A stretch of 64,000 nt of DNA. It comes from an uncultured Pseudomonadota bacterium (GTDB lineage: Bacteria > Myxococcota_A > Polyangia > Fen-1088). Positions within the stretch are counted from its first letter, which is position 1, and every line of letters begins with the position of its first letter. The translations under genes and the position numbers were made by a program. Below the pieces are notes generated by a model. The model did no database searches and was not told where the DNA came from. It was given only the letters and a program-made list of their open reading frames with translations. Below, piece after piece: positions 17,824 to 28,489 of the stretch. The stretch is from positions 416,001 through 480,000 of the forward strand of contig CAWKBC010000032.1 in NCBI GenBank assembly GCA_963847705.1, given 5' to 3'.

Positions 17824-20800
17824 GTGAGACGTCGGCTGGCATTTGCGGGCGTCCTCGTCGCAGCGGTGGCCGGCGCTGGCCCGGCACACGCCGACTGGCA
17901 GGTTCACAGGGACGGCTCACGTGCGCTCCTCGCGCGCGCCGAACAGGCGCTGCGCGATCGGCCGGACGACGACGCGCTGGCGCGGCGGCTGGTCCAGGTC
18001 GCCGGCCCCGGGCAGACGGCGGGGTTGCGCGAGCGTTTTCGGGCCCGCGCCGCGGCGTCGAACAGCTATGCGCCAATTGCGGCCTACGCGCAGCTCCTTC
18101 TCGCGCTTCGGGACGCGCCGGCTGCGGCGACGGCCTTCGGCGAGGCATTGCGTCTGTCGCCCGACGCGGCGGCGGCGCTGGCCGGCCGGGCGCGGGCGCT
18201 GGCGCTGGCGGGCTCCGCCGAGGCGGCCGCTGCCTATGAAGCGGCCATCGCGGACGAGACGCGGCCCCTGGCGCGGCGGCGGCTGATCGAAGCGGAGCTG
18301 GCGCTCCTTCCTTCCGAAGTTCCCGGCGACCCGGCCGGCGACGTCCCGCGCGCCGATCCCGCGCAGGTCGTCCGTCTCCGCCGCGAGCTCGCGCGCCTCG
18401 CGCCCGACAGCGATCGCACCGCCGAGCAGCTGGCCGATGCGCTCGCGCAGGCGGGGCGACCGGGCGAGGCGGCCGCGATCCTCGAGCAGCGAATTCCCGC
18501 CCACCACCTGCTCGCCAAGCTCTCGCTGGTTCTCCGGGCGGCGCGGCTGCGTCTCGCGGACCACGACGCCGCGGAAGCGGCGCGGGCAGCCGAAATGCTG
18601 AGCGCCCTCCTGCGGGAGATCCCGCCTGGCGCAACCGAAAGTCGTCGCGCCGCCTGGACCTGCGCCCGTGAGATTGCCCGGGCGCGCGGGACGCTGGGAG
18701 CGCTGGCCGAGGCGATGGCCCAGGCGCCGGGCCCGGTCGAATGGGATCTGCTCGGCCAGATCCGCGAGGAGCTCGGCGATCTGGAGGGCGCGCTGGCAGC
18801 GACGCAGAAGGCGCAGTCGCTCGCACCGCGCGACGTTGCGCTCGGTGACCGCCTCTTGCGACTCCTCGATCGGCTCGGCCGCAACGAGGACGCAATCATC
18901 GCCGCTCAGGATCTGACGCGCCGGTTCCCCTCCGAGATCCGATTTCCGCTCGCCCTTGGGGAGCGACAGTGGCGTCACGGGGACCGGGCGGCGGCGGACG
19001 CTGGCTTCGACCGCGCGCTGGGACAGTTTTCGCGCGCGCCCGCCGCGCTCCAGACCCTGGCCGAGACCGCTGCACGTCGGGGCGACGACAGGCGGGCGCT
19101 GGCGGCCTGGACGCGGCTCGTGCGCGTGGATCCGACCAGCGAGGTCGCCATCGTGGGGCTCGGCGAGGCTCAGTTCCAGGCAGGCAAGCGCGACGACGCC
19201 TGCCGCACCTGGGCGGCGGTGCGAAAGCGGGCTGCCTCACCGGCGAAGGGGCATCTGCGCCTCGGCGAGCTGCTGTTCGATCACGAGCTGCTGAACGAGG
19301 CGATCGAGGAGGCGCGGCGCGCGGAGGCCGCCGACGTCGCGGACGCCGGTCCCCACCGTCTGCTCGCGCAGATCGACGAGCACCAGCGCAAGCTCGACGA
19401 CGCGGTCGCCGAGTGGCGTCAGGTCATCGCGCTGGCGCATGACCCGCACCCCGCGGCGCCGGGCCTGAGACGGGAAGCGCGGACCCGTCTGCTGGCACTG
19501 CTCGGGCGGCAGGGCCGCGGCAAGATCGAGACCGAGGTCCAGCGCCTCCGCGGCGAGACGGGCGCCCACCCCGACGACATCGAGACGGCGATGTTCCTGG
19601 CGGAAGCAGAGCAGCGTCTGGGCGACGTTCCGGCGGCGACGGCAACGTTGCGGGCGATCTCCGCGCGCGGCGCCGTCGCGAACGACAGGCGGGCGCGCGA
19701 AGCAGGCGTCGAGGCCGGGTTCGCGCTGGTGCGTCTGCTGAAGCAGAGCGGGCAGCTCGCTGAAGCGGAGGCACATCTTGCCGGCCTGGCCGAGCTCTCG
19801 CCCGCCCGGGCCAGCGAGGCCGAGCTGCAGATCGCCGATCTGGCGCTCGGGCGTTACGACGTCCCGCGCGCGCTCGCGCACGCCGCCGCCGCCGAAGACG
19901 GCGCCGACGCCCCCCAGCTGATCCGCATCGCGGAGATCCGCGAGCGTGCCGGCGCCGACACGCTCGCCGCGGCGACCTACCGCAGGGCGATCGCGCGCGA
20001 TGCGGCGCCGACGGCGGCGTTGGCGCTGGCCCGCGTCCTCGAGCGACAGGGGGACGCGTCAGGGGCCGCCGGCGCGGTGGAGGCGCTGCTGCGCGGCTCT
20101 CAGGACGACGCCTCGGTCGCGGACGCCGGGCGGCGCGCGCTGGAGCTCGACGAGGCGCTCGACCGGCTGCCCGATCTGGCGGAGGCGCTCGCCGACGGCG
20201 ACGGCGAGAAGGAGACGCCGGCCCACCGCCGAGCGTTGGTCGACGTGCTCGAACGGCTGGTTCCGGCGCTCTACCGCGACCCTCTCGCGCTGGAGGCGCG
20301 CGCCCGCCTCGGCCGGATGGCGCTCCGGCCGCTTCTCGATCTGGTGCTCGCCTCCGACGTGCCGCCGCCGAAGGCGGTCGAGCTTCTGGGGATGCTGGGG
20401 AACACGGACGCCGTGCCAGCGCTGGTCCGCCTGGCGCGGGCCGGCACCGATCGCGCAGCGGCCAGCGGGCGAGGGACCGCGGAGGCGCCGCTCGCCCAGC
20501 CCTCCCCAACCGCGATCGACGCCCGCACGGCGGCCCTCGTCGCCCTCGGACGGCTCGGCGATCCGCGCGGGCTCGCGCCGCTCGAGGAGGCCGCGGCAGC
20601 CGGAGCGGTGACGATGCGCGCGGCGGCGGTCTGGGCCATCGGACGGATCCCCGACCAGCGCGTCTCCTCGATTTTGGAACGGGCGCTCGGCGATCCCCAC
20701 CCAGAGGTCCAGGCGCTGGCCTGCCTCGGACTCGGTCGCCACGCCGATGCGCGGGCCGTTGCCCTGCTGGCGCGCCTCGGCTCCGATGCGGCACGACCGA

Positions 20801-21768
20801 GCGAGCTCCGGATCGCCGCCACGCTGGCGCTCGGGCGCGCGGGGGGCCCGCAGGCCGCCGCCGCGCTGGTTTCGATCCTCGATCGCGGCGACGACGAGCT
20901 GTCACGGGCAGCCGCGCTGGCGCTCGCCTGGACGCGCGATCCGCGCGCGCTGTCGGCGCTCCTGGCCCGCGCCCTGCTTCCGGCAGAGTTCGCGCTCGCC
21001 GGCGCCGACAGCCCGCTTGCGGCGCTCGGCGTTTGGCAGGCCGGAGGCCCTCCGCCTGATGAGGCCCTCTCGATCGTCGGGAACGATCTCTCGATCTCCC
21101 TGGCGTTGGCCGCGCTGCTGGAGACGGCGCCGGCAGGCGATCTCACGCCTCTTTGGCAGGCCCACACCGGCGAGATCGACGCGATCCTCTCCGACGCCCT
21201 CACCCGGGGCGGGAGCGCGCGGCGGGCCGCCCTGGAGGCGCTCGACGCCCGCGCCGACGGCCTGGCCCTTGGAACCCTCACGGCTGCCGGCGACGTCCCT
21301 TCGGCGCCAGAGACGGGGGTCGTCGCGCGTGAGATTGCCTGGCCTCTCGTCGACGGAATCGCGCCCGCGCTCGACGACCCGGACCGCCGGACCCGCGCCC
21401 TGGCGCTGCGTCTGCTGGCCACGCTCGACGACGAACGGCTGACGCCCGCGCGAATCGCCGACGCCATCGCCGACGGGACGCCGGTGCTGACCGGCGCCGC
21501 CCTGTCGGCCGCCCAGATTCTCGTCCGGGCCCATCCAGCCCTGGCCGCGCCGATCGCCGGTGCGGTGGCCCCGCTCGTCACCGACGACGGCCCGGCAGGC
21601 TGCTGGACCTGCCGGCTCGCGGCGGTGGAGCTCCTGGCGTCGTTGGGCCCCCCCGGCTTGCCGCCGCTCGATCGCGCGCTCAACGACCGCAACGCGCTGG
21701 TGCGGGCGGCGGCGCTGGAGGCCGTCGACCGCGCCCGCCCGAGCGGCTCCAGACCACCCCACAGTTGA
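17824..21768 (+). CDS. Large exported TPR + HEAT-repeat protein (1314 aa)
   Basis: Signal peptide ending AHA; many TPR-like helices; HEAT/PBS repeats (ALGRLGD, AVWAIGRI, ACLGLG). Confidence 0.8.
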   Translation: MRRRLAFAGVLVAAVAGAGPAHADWQVHRDGSRALLARAEQALRDRPDDDALARRLVQVAGPGQTAGLRERFRARAAASNSYAPIAAYAQLLLALRDAPAAATAFGEALRLSPDAAAALAGRARALALAGSAEAAAAYEAAIADETRPLARRRLIEAELALLPSEVPGDPAGDVPRADPAQVVRLRRELARLAPDSDRTAEQLADALAQAGRPGEAAAILEQRIPAHHLLAKLSLVLRAARLRLADHDAAEAARAAEMLSALLREIPPGATESRRAAWTCAREIARARGTLGALAEAMAQAPGPVEWDLLGQIREELGDLEGALAATQKAQSLAPRDVALGDRLLRLLDRLGRNEDAIIAAQDLTRRFPSEIRFPLALGERQWRHGDRAAADAGFDRALGQFSRAPAALQTLAETAARRGDDRRALAAWTRLVRVDPTSEVAIVGLGEAQFQAGKRDDACRTWAAVRKRAASPAKGHLRLGELLFDHELLNEAIEEARRAEAADVADAGPHRLLAQIDEHQRKLDDAVAEWRQVIALAHDPHPAAPGLRREARTRLLALLGRQGRGKIETEVQRLRGETGAHPDDIETAMFLAEAEQRLGDVPAATATLRAISARGAVANDRRAREAGVEAGFALVRLLKQSGQLAEAEAHLAGLAELSPARASEAELQIADLALGRYDVPRALAHAAAAEDGADAPQLIRIAEIRERAGADTLAAATYRRAIARDAAPTAALALARVLERQGDASGAAGAVEALLRGSQDDASVADAGRRALELDEALDRLPDLAEALADGDGEKETPAHRRALVDVLERLVPALYRDPLALEARARLGRMALRPLLDLVLASDVPPPKAVELLGMLGNTDAVPALVRLARAGTDRAAASGRGTAEAPLAQPSPTAIDARTAALVALGRLGDPRGLAPLEEAAAAGAVTMRAAAVWAIGRIPDQRVSSILERALGDPHPEVQALACLGLGRHADARAVALLARLGSDAARPSELRIAATLALGRAGGPQAAAALVSILDRGDDELSRAAALALAWTRDPRALSALLARALLPAEFALAGADSPLAALGVWQAGGPPPDEALSIVGNDLSISLALAALLETAPAGDLTPLWQAHTGEIDAILSDALTRGGSARRAALEALDARADGLALGTLTAAGDVPSAPETGVVAREIAWPLVDGIAPALDDPDRRTRALALRLLATLDDERLTPARIADAIADGTPVLTGAALSAAQILVRAHPALAAPIAGAVAPLVTDDGPAGCWTCRLAAVELLASLGPPGLPPLDRALNDRNALVRAAALEAVDRARPSGSRPPHS

Positions 21769-21842
21769 ACCGGCCCGCTCCGGTCCAGGCCCTCGGGCCC
21801 GGCCCCGCTTGACTTGTGGGCGGCGCGGCCGAAAATGCTGGG

Positions 21843-22613
21843 ATGCTCTGTCCGAACTGCGGCGCGGAAGTCCCCACCGGCAATCGATTTTGCGGAAGCT
21901 GTGGCAACAAGATCGACGTCGCGCCCGCGCCCGCCAAGACCATGTTCTTCGGCGCCACCCAGCAGGCCCCCGGACGGGCCAAGCTGACCGTCATCAAGGG
22001 CGAGGGGACCGACGGGGTCACTTACCTCTTGAACGCGAACGAGCACATGGCCGGCCGCCTCGAGGGCGCCATCATGTTCCCCGATGACTCGCTGCTGTCG
22101 CCCCGGCATTGCAGCTTCATCTATCGTGACGGCAAGCTGCACGTCGTCGACGAAGGGTCCGTCAACGGCGTGTTCATCCGCATCAAGGCGCCGGTCGACC
22201 TCGTCCCCGGAGCGCTGTTCCTCATCGGCGAGCAGCTCCTGCAGATCGAGCCGTCGCCACCCGATCTCGGCCCGCAGCCGGACGCCGAGGGCACTTACTT
22301 TTACGCCAGCCCCAAGCGCCCATCGAAGATGAAGCTGATCCAGCGCCTGCGGGGCGGCGAGATCGGCATGATCTATCGTTCGCGCAACGACACCATCTCG
22401 ATCGGCCGCGAAGGGAACGACGTGAACTTCCTCGACGATCCGTTCATCTCGGGCAAGCACGCCCAGATCACGATGAACGCCGAAGGTCAGATCACCCTCA
22501 CCGATCTCGGATCGAAGAACGGCACCTTCGTCCGGATCACGGACGAGCTGACGCTCGACCACGGCGATCACGTCTTTCTGGGCCAGCAGCTCCTGCGCGT
22601 CGAAATCAGCTGA
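21843..22613 (+). CDS. Zinc-ribbon + double FHA domain protein
   Basis: CPNC...FCGSCG; GR...SPRH...GSVNGVF and GR...SGKH...GSKNGTF motifs. Confidence 0.88.
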   Translation: MLCPNCGAEVPTGNRFCGSCGNKIDVAPAPAKTMFFGATQQAPGRAKLTVIKGEGTDGVTYLLNANEHMAGRLEGAIMFPDDSLLSPRHCSFIYRDGKLHVVDEGSVNGVFIRIKAPVDLVPGALFLIGEQLLQIEPSPPDLGPQPDAEGTYFYASPKRPSKMKLIQRLRGGEIGMIYRSRNDTISIGREGNDVNFLDDPFISGKHAQITMNAEGQITLTDLGSKNGTFVRITDELTLDHGDHVFLGQQLLRVEIS

Positions 22614-22736
22614 GGTCGCCTGCGCGCCCCTTCTCCGGGGGCAGGATTTCCGGCTAAAAAGCTCGAGCGGCGCCCGCGGGACGAATTGACGATGGACGCC
22701 CGCCATGTTAGTTGCGATAGGTTTACGGGGGTCTCT

Positions 22737-24002
22737 GTGATTACCTGCAACCGCTGCGGCAAAGAAAACCAGGACCACTACAAGTTTTGCCTCGGCTGCG
22801 GTAGCGAGCTGGCCAGGCCGGTTGCCGCTCCGACGCCCCCCAGCATCGCGCCTTCGCAGGCCCCCTCCCAGGCTCAAGCCCCCCAGGTGTCAGACAGCCG
22901 CGATCCGGCCCTCGACCGGACCGTGCTCCCCCCCGCGACGATGGGCGCGTCCGTCGCGGGCGAGCTCCGCACGTCATCGCCAGCCGTTCCCAAGGCGCGC
23001 GGCGGCATTCCCTGGGGCGACTCGCCCAAGATGCCGGCGCCGATCCCGTTTCACCTGCCCCCCAACCCGCTCGCCTCTGCGACGCCGCCCCCGCGCGTGA
23101 CGTCGGGAGCGAACGGCGGCGCCATGGGTATTCCTGCCGACGCAACCCCCGCCCCGATGCGGGTGACGGGCGGTCCGGCACCCGCCGCCGCTGCTCCCGC
23201 CGCCGCGGGCAATGAAATCCCCTGCCCCACCTGCGGCAAGATGGTTCAGGCCGGCTTCGCCTTCTGCGGCGCTTGTGGCGGGCGCATCGGGCGACAACCC
23301 TCGAGCGCCGGCGCTGCGACGGGGCCCCGGACCATGTTCATGGCCGGCGCGACCGCCGCCGCCCCCGCCGCGGTTCCTCGGGGCCGGCTGATCTTGATTC
23401 GCCCGGACGGCTCCGAAGGGGGCGCCCATCCGCTGCATGAGGGCGAGAACATCATCGGTCGCGGGCAGGCTCCGCTGTTCGACGCCGACGCTTACCTCTC
23501 TCCGCGGCATGCCGAGCTCTCGGTGGGCCCCGAGGGGGTCACCATCCGCGACCTGCAGAGCCTCAACGGCGTCTTCCTGAAGATTTCCGGCGAGGAGGCG
23601 CTCGAGTCGGGCGACATCTTCCGGATCGGCCAGGAGCTCCTCCGTTTCGAGGTGATCTCGCCGCCCCAACCGCTCGAGGACGGGACCGAGATCATGGGGA
23701 CGCCGAACCCGGGATTCTGGGGCCGGCTCTCGGTCATCGTCGGGCGCGATGTCGACGGCTCCGCCTTTCCCCTGTTTGGCGAATCGATCGTGCTCGGCCG
23801 CGAGAGAGGCGACATTCTGTTTCCCGAGGACGGCTACGTGTCCGGGACCCACTCTCGCATCGCGCTCCACGACGAGCACGTCTATCTCTCGGACCTCGGC
23901 TCATCAAACGGGACGTTCCTGCGGCTGCGCCATGAGCGCACCGTCCCCACCGGCGCGTTCATGCTGATGGGTCAGCAGCTCTTTCGGCTCGAGTTTCGCT
24001 AG
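22737..24002 (+). CDS. Double zinc-ribbon, Pro-rich linker, double FHA domain protein
   Basis: CNRC..FCLGC and CPTC..FCGAC; two FHA motifs (SPRH/SLNG and SGTH/SSNG). Confidence 0.88.
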   Translation: MITCNRCGKENQDHYKFCLGCGSELARPVAAPTPPSIAPSQAPSQAQAPQVSDSRDPALDRTVLPPATMGASVAGELRTSSPAVPKARGGIPWGDSPKMPAPIPFHLPPNPLASATPPPRVTSGANGGAMGIPADATPAPMRVTGGPAPAAAAPAAAGNEIPCPTCGKMVQAGFAFCGACGGRIGRQPSSAGAATGPRTMFMAGATAAAPAAVPRGRLILIRPDGSEGGAHPLHEGENIIGRGQAPLFDADAYLSPRHAELSVGPEGVTIRDLQSLNGVFLKISGEEALESGDIFRIGQELLRFEVISPPQPLEDGTEIMGTPNPGFWGRLSVIVGRDVDGSAFPLFGESIVLGRERGDILFPEDGYVSGTHSRIALHDEHVYLSDLGSSNGTFLRLRHERTVPTGAFMLMGQQLFRLEFR

Positions 24003-24024
24003 GCTTAGGGAGCGGGGTTCGCTC

Positions 24025-24070
24025 CGGTCGCTCTGGTCGAGCGCCTTCGGTCGCTCTGGTCGAGTGCCTT
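24025..24070. repeat. 23-bp tandem duplication in a convergent intergenic region
   Basis: CGGTCGCTCTGGTCGAG(C/T)GCCTT occurs twice. Confidence 0.7.
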
Positions 24071-24105
24071 GGTGAGCGGAGGCGGTTCGCCCCGCGCTCC
24101 GGCCC

Positions 24106-24534
24106 TTACTGCTTCTTCTCGACTTCGATCTTGCCGCCGGCCGGGCTCTTCTGGCCGCCGAAGAACGCCTGGCGGGTGTTGTCGCCGGAAGCGGGCTCGA
24201 CGTAGCGGAAGGCATCGGGAATCTTGAAGGTGCTCCCGTCGTCGAACATCACGGTGACGTCGACAGGACCCTTCTCGTTCGGCGGCGTCACCACGCGGAT
24301 CTTGCCGGTCGAGGCGATGGTGACGGTCTCGGACTTCTTGTGTCCGAACTTCACCTCGGCCTGAGTCTTCCCCGGCTGAAAGCCTCCGCCGTTGATGGAG
24401 ACCTCCTCGCCACCGGCGGTGGTCCCCTGCGGCGGTTCGATCGAATCAACTTTGAGCGGCCCGCCACCTTGCGTGCACGCCGCAATCGTAACGAACGCAG
24501 CCATGGAAAGGGCAAGACCGAGGACACGCTTCAT
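24106..24534 (-). CDS. IPT/TIG domain lipoprotein
   Basis: Lipobox IAAC; P.QG..AGG..VSI.G.GF...V.FG...TP...GPVDV...AF.Y pattern; GGAGG RBS. Confidence 0.85.
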   Translation of the reverse strand: MKRVLGLALSMAAFVTIAACTQGGGPLKVDSIEPPQGTTAGGEEVSINGGGFQPGKTQAEVKFGHKKSETVTIASTGKIRVVTPPNEKGPVDVTVMFDDGSTFKIPDAFRYVEPASGDNTRQAFFGGQKSPAGGKIEVEKKQ

Positions 24535-24701
24535 CGTGTGTTCGCCTCCGAGAGAGAAGGAAGCGACCATAGCCCCCGACGCCAGGTCGGTCAACAGATC
24601 ATCAACCGATCGTCAAGCGGCAGACTGCCCTTTCGGCCGAGCTTCGACCGCCAAAACCCAGGCGCAGCTGCGGGACCTTTTCGGGTCCCGCAGCCAAGAG
24701 C

Positions 24702-26288
24702 TCAGACTGACTCTCGCTTGGCCATCGCGCGCCGCATCTTGACCAGCGCCTGTTCCTGGAGCTGCCGTACCCGCTCGCGGGAGAGGCGGTACTCGTCGCC
24801 AATCTCCTTGAGCGTGCGCTCGCGGTCGTTCACCAGACCGAAGCGCTTGCGCAGGATGTCCGCCTCGATCGGCTTGAGCGAGGAGAGAAACTTGAGCATC
24901 TCGCTCTGTGTCTCCGTCGACGCCATCTGGTCGGGCACCGCCGGTCCCTCGTTGGGATCGACGAGCACGTCGATGAGGCGCCGTCCGTCCTCGTCCGAGA
25001 TTGGCCGATCGAGCGAGACCGGCGTCTCCGACAAGAAGGTCTTCATCTTCTCGAGCTTCTCGGCTTCGATTCCGGTGGCCGCCGCGATCTCCTGCGTGCT
25101 CGGCACCCGTTCGAGCTTGGATTGCAGCTCCCGCTGCGATTTCGCGATCCGGTGGTAGGCGTCGATCATGTGGACCGGCAGCCGAACCGCGCGCCCCTTG
25201 TCGGCCAGGGCGCGGCTGATCGCGTGGCGGATCCACCAGCTCGCGTAGGTCGAGAACCGGAAGCCGCGGCGATAGTCGTACCGCTCCACCGCCTTCATGA
25301 GGCCGATGTTCCCCTCCTGAATGAGGTCGGCGAGCGGCAGCCGGCCGTGGTTGAACCGCCGGGCGATCGACACCACCAACCGGAGGTTCGCCTTGACGAA
25401 CTCGTTCTTGGCCGCCTTGAGGCGAAATGCCTTGCCCCCGACCGCTTTCACGAAGTCGGAGAACGCCTTCGTCGAGGTCGAGAACGGAACCGTCCCTTCG
25501 AAGGGCAGCCCCTGGACCCCGCGACCGACCCGCTGAATCTCGGTCAGCGCCGCGTCCAGGAAGATCCGATCGATGTCCAGCACCCGCAGCTTGGTGGCGA
25601 GCGCGGTCGCCGTCTTCTCGAACCGACCCCGCTCAGGGATCGACGATTTGTGCCGTGCGCGCGCTGCCGCGGCCCGGTGAAGCTTCGCCTCGGGAAGCGG
25701 CTTGCCAACCTCTCGCTCCACCACGTCGAGGATCCAGTCGGTTCCAGGCGCGAATCCCAGGATCGTTTTCCAGAGCTGGAGCTCCATCTCCTCGATGTTC
25801 CGCGCCGTCTCGAACTCCTGCTCGGGACGCAGCACGTCCAGCTCCGCCATGTCGCGGAAGTACATCGCCAGGAAGCTGGCCGGCTCTTCGTCGCCACGAA
25901 CCTTTTTCTTGGCGCTGACGCTGACCTCGGGGGCCGCCTCCTCTTCCTCTTCTTCGTCTTCGTCCTCTTCGGCGTCCTCATCGACGGCGTCTGCGGCACG
26001 AACGTCGCCCGCCACCTCGTCGGTCTCGTCGGTCTCGATTTCGACGCCCGGGGTCGCGCCGAGCGTCCCCTCGACCTCGAGCTCGTCCGGTGACGGGTCC
26101 CCCACGGGCAGGCCCATCGCCTCGGCCGACAACGGCAACGTATCGTTGGCTGGGACGGGTCGCGCTGCGGGAACCTTGGCCTTGGCGTCCCGCGCTGGGC
26201 GGCGCCCCAATGTCGACGCGGGTTTGCGACCCGCCTCGGCCGGACGACCCTTGCGGGCCAGTTTCACTTTGATTCCTCGTGCGCTCAT
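24702..26288 (-). CDS. RNA polymerase sigma-70 family factor (RpoD/SigA-like, likely non-primary) with long basic/acidic N-terminus; start uncertain
   Basis: ANLRLVVSIA, DLIQEGNIGLMKAV.RYD..RGFRFSTYA.WWIR and TLKEIG...LSRERVRQ motifs. Confidence 0.9.
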   Translation of the reverse strand: MSARGIKVKLARKGRPAEAGRKPASTLGRRPARDAKAKVPAARPVPANDTLPLSAEAMGLPVGDPSPDELEVEGTLGATPGVEIETDETDEVAGDVRAADAVDEDAEEDEDEEEEEEAAPEVSVSAKKKVRGDEEPASFLAMYFRDMAELDVLRPEQEFETARNIEEMELQLWKTILGFAPGTDWILDVVEREVGKPLPEAKLHRAAAARARHKSSIPERGRFEKTATALATKLRVLDIDRIFLDAALTEIQRVGRGVQGLPFEGTVPFSTSTKAFSDFVKAVGGKAFRLKAAKNEFVKANLRLVVSIARRFNHGRLPLADLIQEGNIGLMKAVERYDYRRGFRFSTYASWWIRHAISRALADKGRAVRLPVHMIDAYHRIAKSQRELQSKLERVPSTQEIAAATGIEAEKLEKMKTFLSETPVSLDRPISDEDGRRLIDVLVDPNEGPAVPDQMASTETQSEMLKFLSSLKPIEADILRKRFGLVNDRERTLKEIGDEYRLSRERVRQLQEQALVKMRRAMAKRESV

Positions 26289-26532
26289 TGTGCTCATCTC
26301 CATCGAGCCGCTTCGCGATCCAGACACCTTCGAACCCGTAAGGGGTATACGGACCTCGGCTGAAAAATATTCCGGGTCTGACCGCGCCACGCCTCGTAGA
26401 CTCTGATGCTTGCGCCGGGGCTTTGGTTGCAAGTTGCGCACGCCCGGGAAGATGGGGAGCGCTGACACAAGCACAATGGCCGCGCAACGGGATTTTCGAT
26501 GTGCCAGCGCGGCGCGTCAGAGAGGCGAAAAA

Positions 26533-28489
26533 TCAGCCTTCGTCTTCGCGCTTTTCCGCAACGATCAGCAGATTCCGGGAAGCGCTGCCAAAAAAGTCGC
26601 CGCGGGTCGCCAGCCCGCCTGAGACGTCAATCACCCGGAACCCGGCCTGACGCAAGAGCCGCCCGATCTCGTGCAGGCTGTAGGCGCGGACGGAGAGCTC
26701 CTGCTCCAGTTGCCGACCATCCTCGAAGACGATCGAGCGGTGGGTGTTGATCCGGCTGGTGTGGAAGTTGAAATCGACCTCCTCGAGAACCACGCACCCC
26801 GTCCCCTCCCACCAGACGCGGACCGGCAGATCGGCGACGACATAATCGCGATTCAGGATGTCGAGAAGGAGACGGCCCCCCGGCTTGAGGGCCCGCCCGA
26901 TCCGCTCGGCGACGCGCAGGTTGGTCTCTTCGTCGAAGTACCCGAAGGACGTCATCATCGAGTAGGCGCCGTCGAACTGCTTCTCGAACGCCATCTCGCG
27001 CATGTCGGCGTGGACGAAGTTCACTGACAACGCGCGCCGCTGGGCCTCGTCGGCGGCGCGGATCAGGAGCGGCAGGGAGAGATCGAGGCCGGTGACACTG
27101 AAGCCGCGCTGCACCAGCTCGATCGCGTGACGGCCATAGCCGCACCCCACGTCGAGGATCTCCGAGCCCGGCGCGGCCGTCAGCGCGTTCGAGATGAACT
27201 CGACCTCACGCAGCGTCTGATCGGCCCGCATGAAGGGGAGCGTGCGCAGGTAATCCTCGTCGAAGACCTCCTCGAACCAGGGCTTCGAGCGTTTCGGTCG
27301 GCGCGGCCGCTGCGAGAGAGCCTCGGGAAGGATCGGAAGCGCCGGGAGAAGGGGCCCATGGGCCCCCTCCTCCAAGGGAGGTGGCAGGGCCGGCTTCAGC
27401 TCGGGGCCCGGCGTCTTCTCGGGGCCCGGCTTCAGCTCGAGGCCCGGCGTCTTCTCGGGGCCCGGCGTCTTCTCGAGGCCCGGCGGCTTGAGGAAGCTGC
27501 CTGGAATCGGCGGAGGCGTCGGCGCTGGCGTCACGGCCGAACGTGGGGTTGGCGGGGGCGTCGGCGCGGAATCGGCCTCCAGGCTTGCCTCGGCGCCCTC
27601 CTCGACCTCCAGCTCATCGGTGCCCTGCAGATCGATATCGTTGTCGCCGGCAGGCACCGGAAGGGGCGCTCCGATTCTGGTTCGCCAGGTCTGAGGAGGC
27701 GGCGCTGCCGTCGCTCCCCATGGCCCGCACCGGCAACGCGCCTTCGACATCGGCGTTGGGCGTCACCACCGGGCCGGGGGTCGGAAGCGGAGGTGGCGTG
27801 GGGGCCACGGTGACCACCGGAGGGGGGGTCAGTTGCATCTCCTCGAGCGACGCCGGCGACGGCGTCTGCCTGGGCTGGGGCGGTGGCGCAGCCTTCGGCT
27901 CGGGCGGTGGCGTCGGGCCGATGAAAGCGACCTCGGGCGGTGGGGTCAGGGGCCCCGAATCGAGCGCACGGACCGCCGCTGCCTCGGCCGCCAGCGCAGA
28001 CGCCTCGCCGTCCACCGGCGCCGCGCCGAATGGGCTGTCGATTGGCGGCGGCGCCCCTGACGCCTGACCGGAAATGCCGCCGTCGACGAGATCGACGGGC
28101 GTGGCGCCCACCGGGGGAGGCTCCACCGGCAGTGGCGGCGGGGTCGGAGGGAGCGGCGGGGCAGCCTCGCGCTCGACCGCCGCCGGCTCGGCCAGTTCCG
28201 GCTCGGCCACCATCGGCAGGGAGAGAGAGACTCCAACCGCCGGTGTACCGCGCGGCTGGGTGATGGTCCGCCGCCGGACCGAGGGCGTCGAAAAGTCTCC
28301 GCTGGCGATTCCGATTGGTCCGCTGCGCTCGCGCGCGACCGCGGATCCCACGCGCGGGCGCCGCGCGCTGGCGGCGGCGGCGGCCAGCTTGGCGCTCTGG
28401 ATATCCTCTGACGTCGGCGCAGGCGTCGCCTCGTCATCACGGGAGGCGGTCGAGCGAAACGTCTCGTCGTGGGCTTTGGACACGACCAT
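26533..28489 (-). CDS. Class I SAM-dependent methyltransferase with long Pro-rich N-terminal extension; apparent frameshift at about 27675
   Basis: ILDVGCGYGRH and TSFGYF in the C-terminal ORF. Removing one base (CAGAATCGG to CAGATCGG) joins ORFs 27614-28489 and 26533-27750. Confidence 0.8.
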
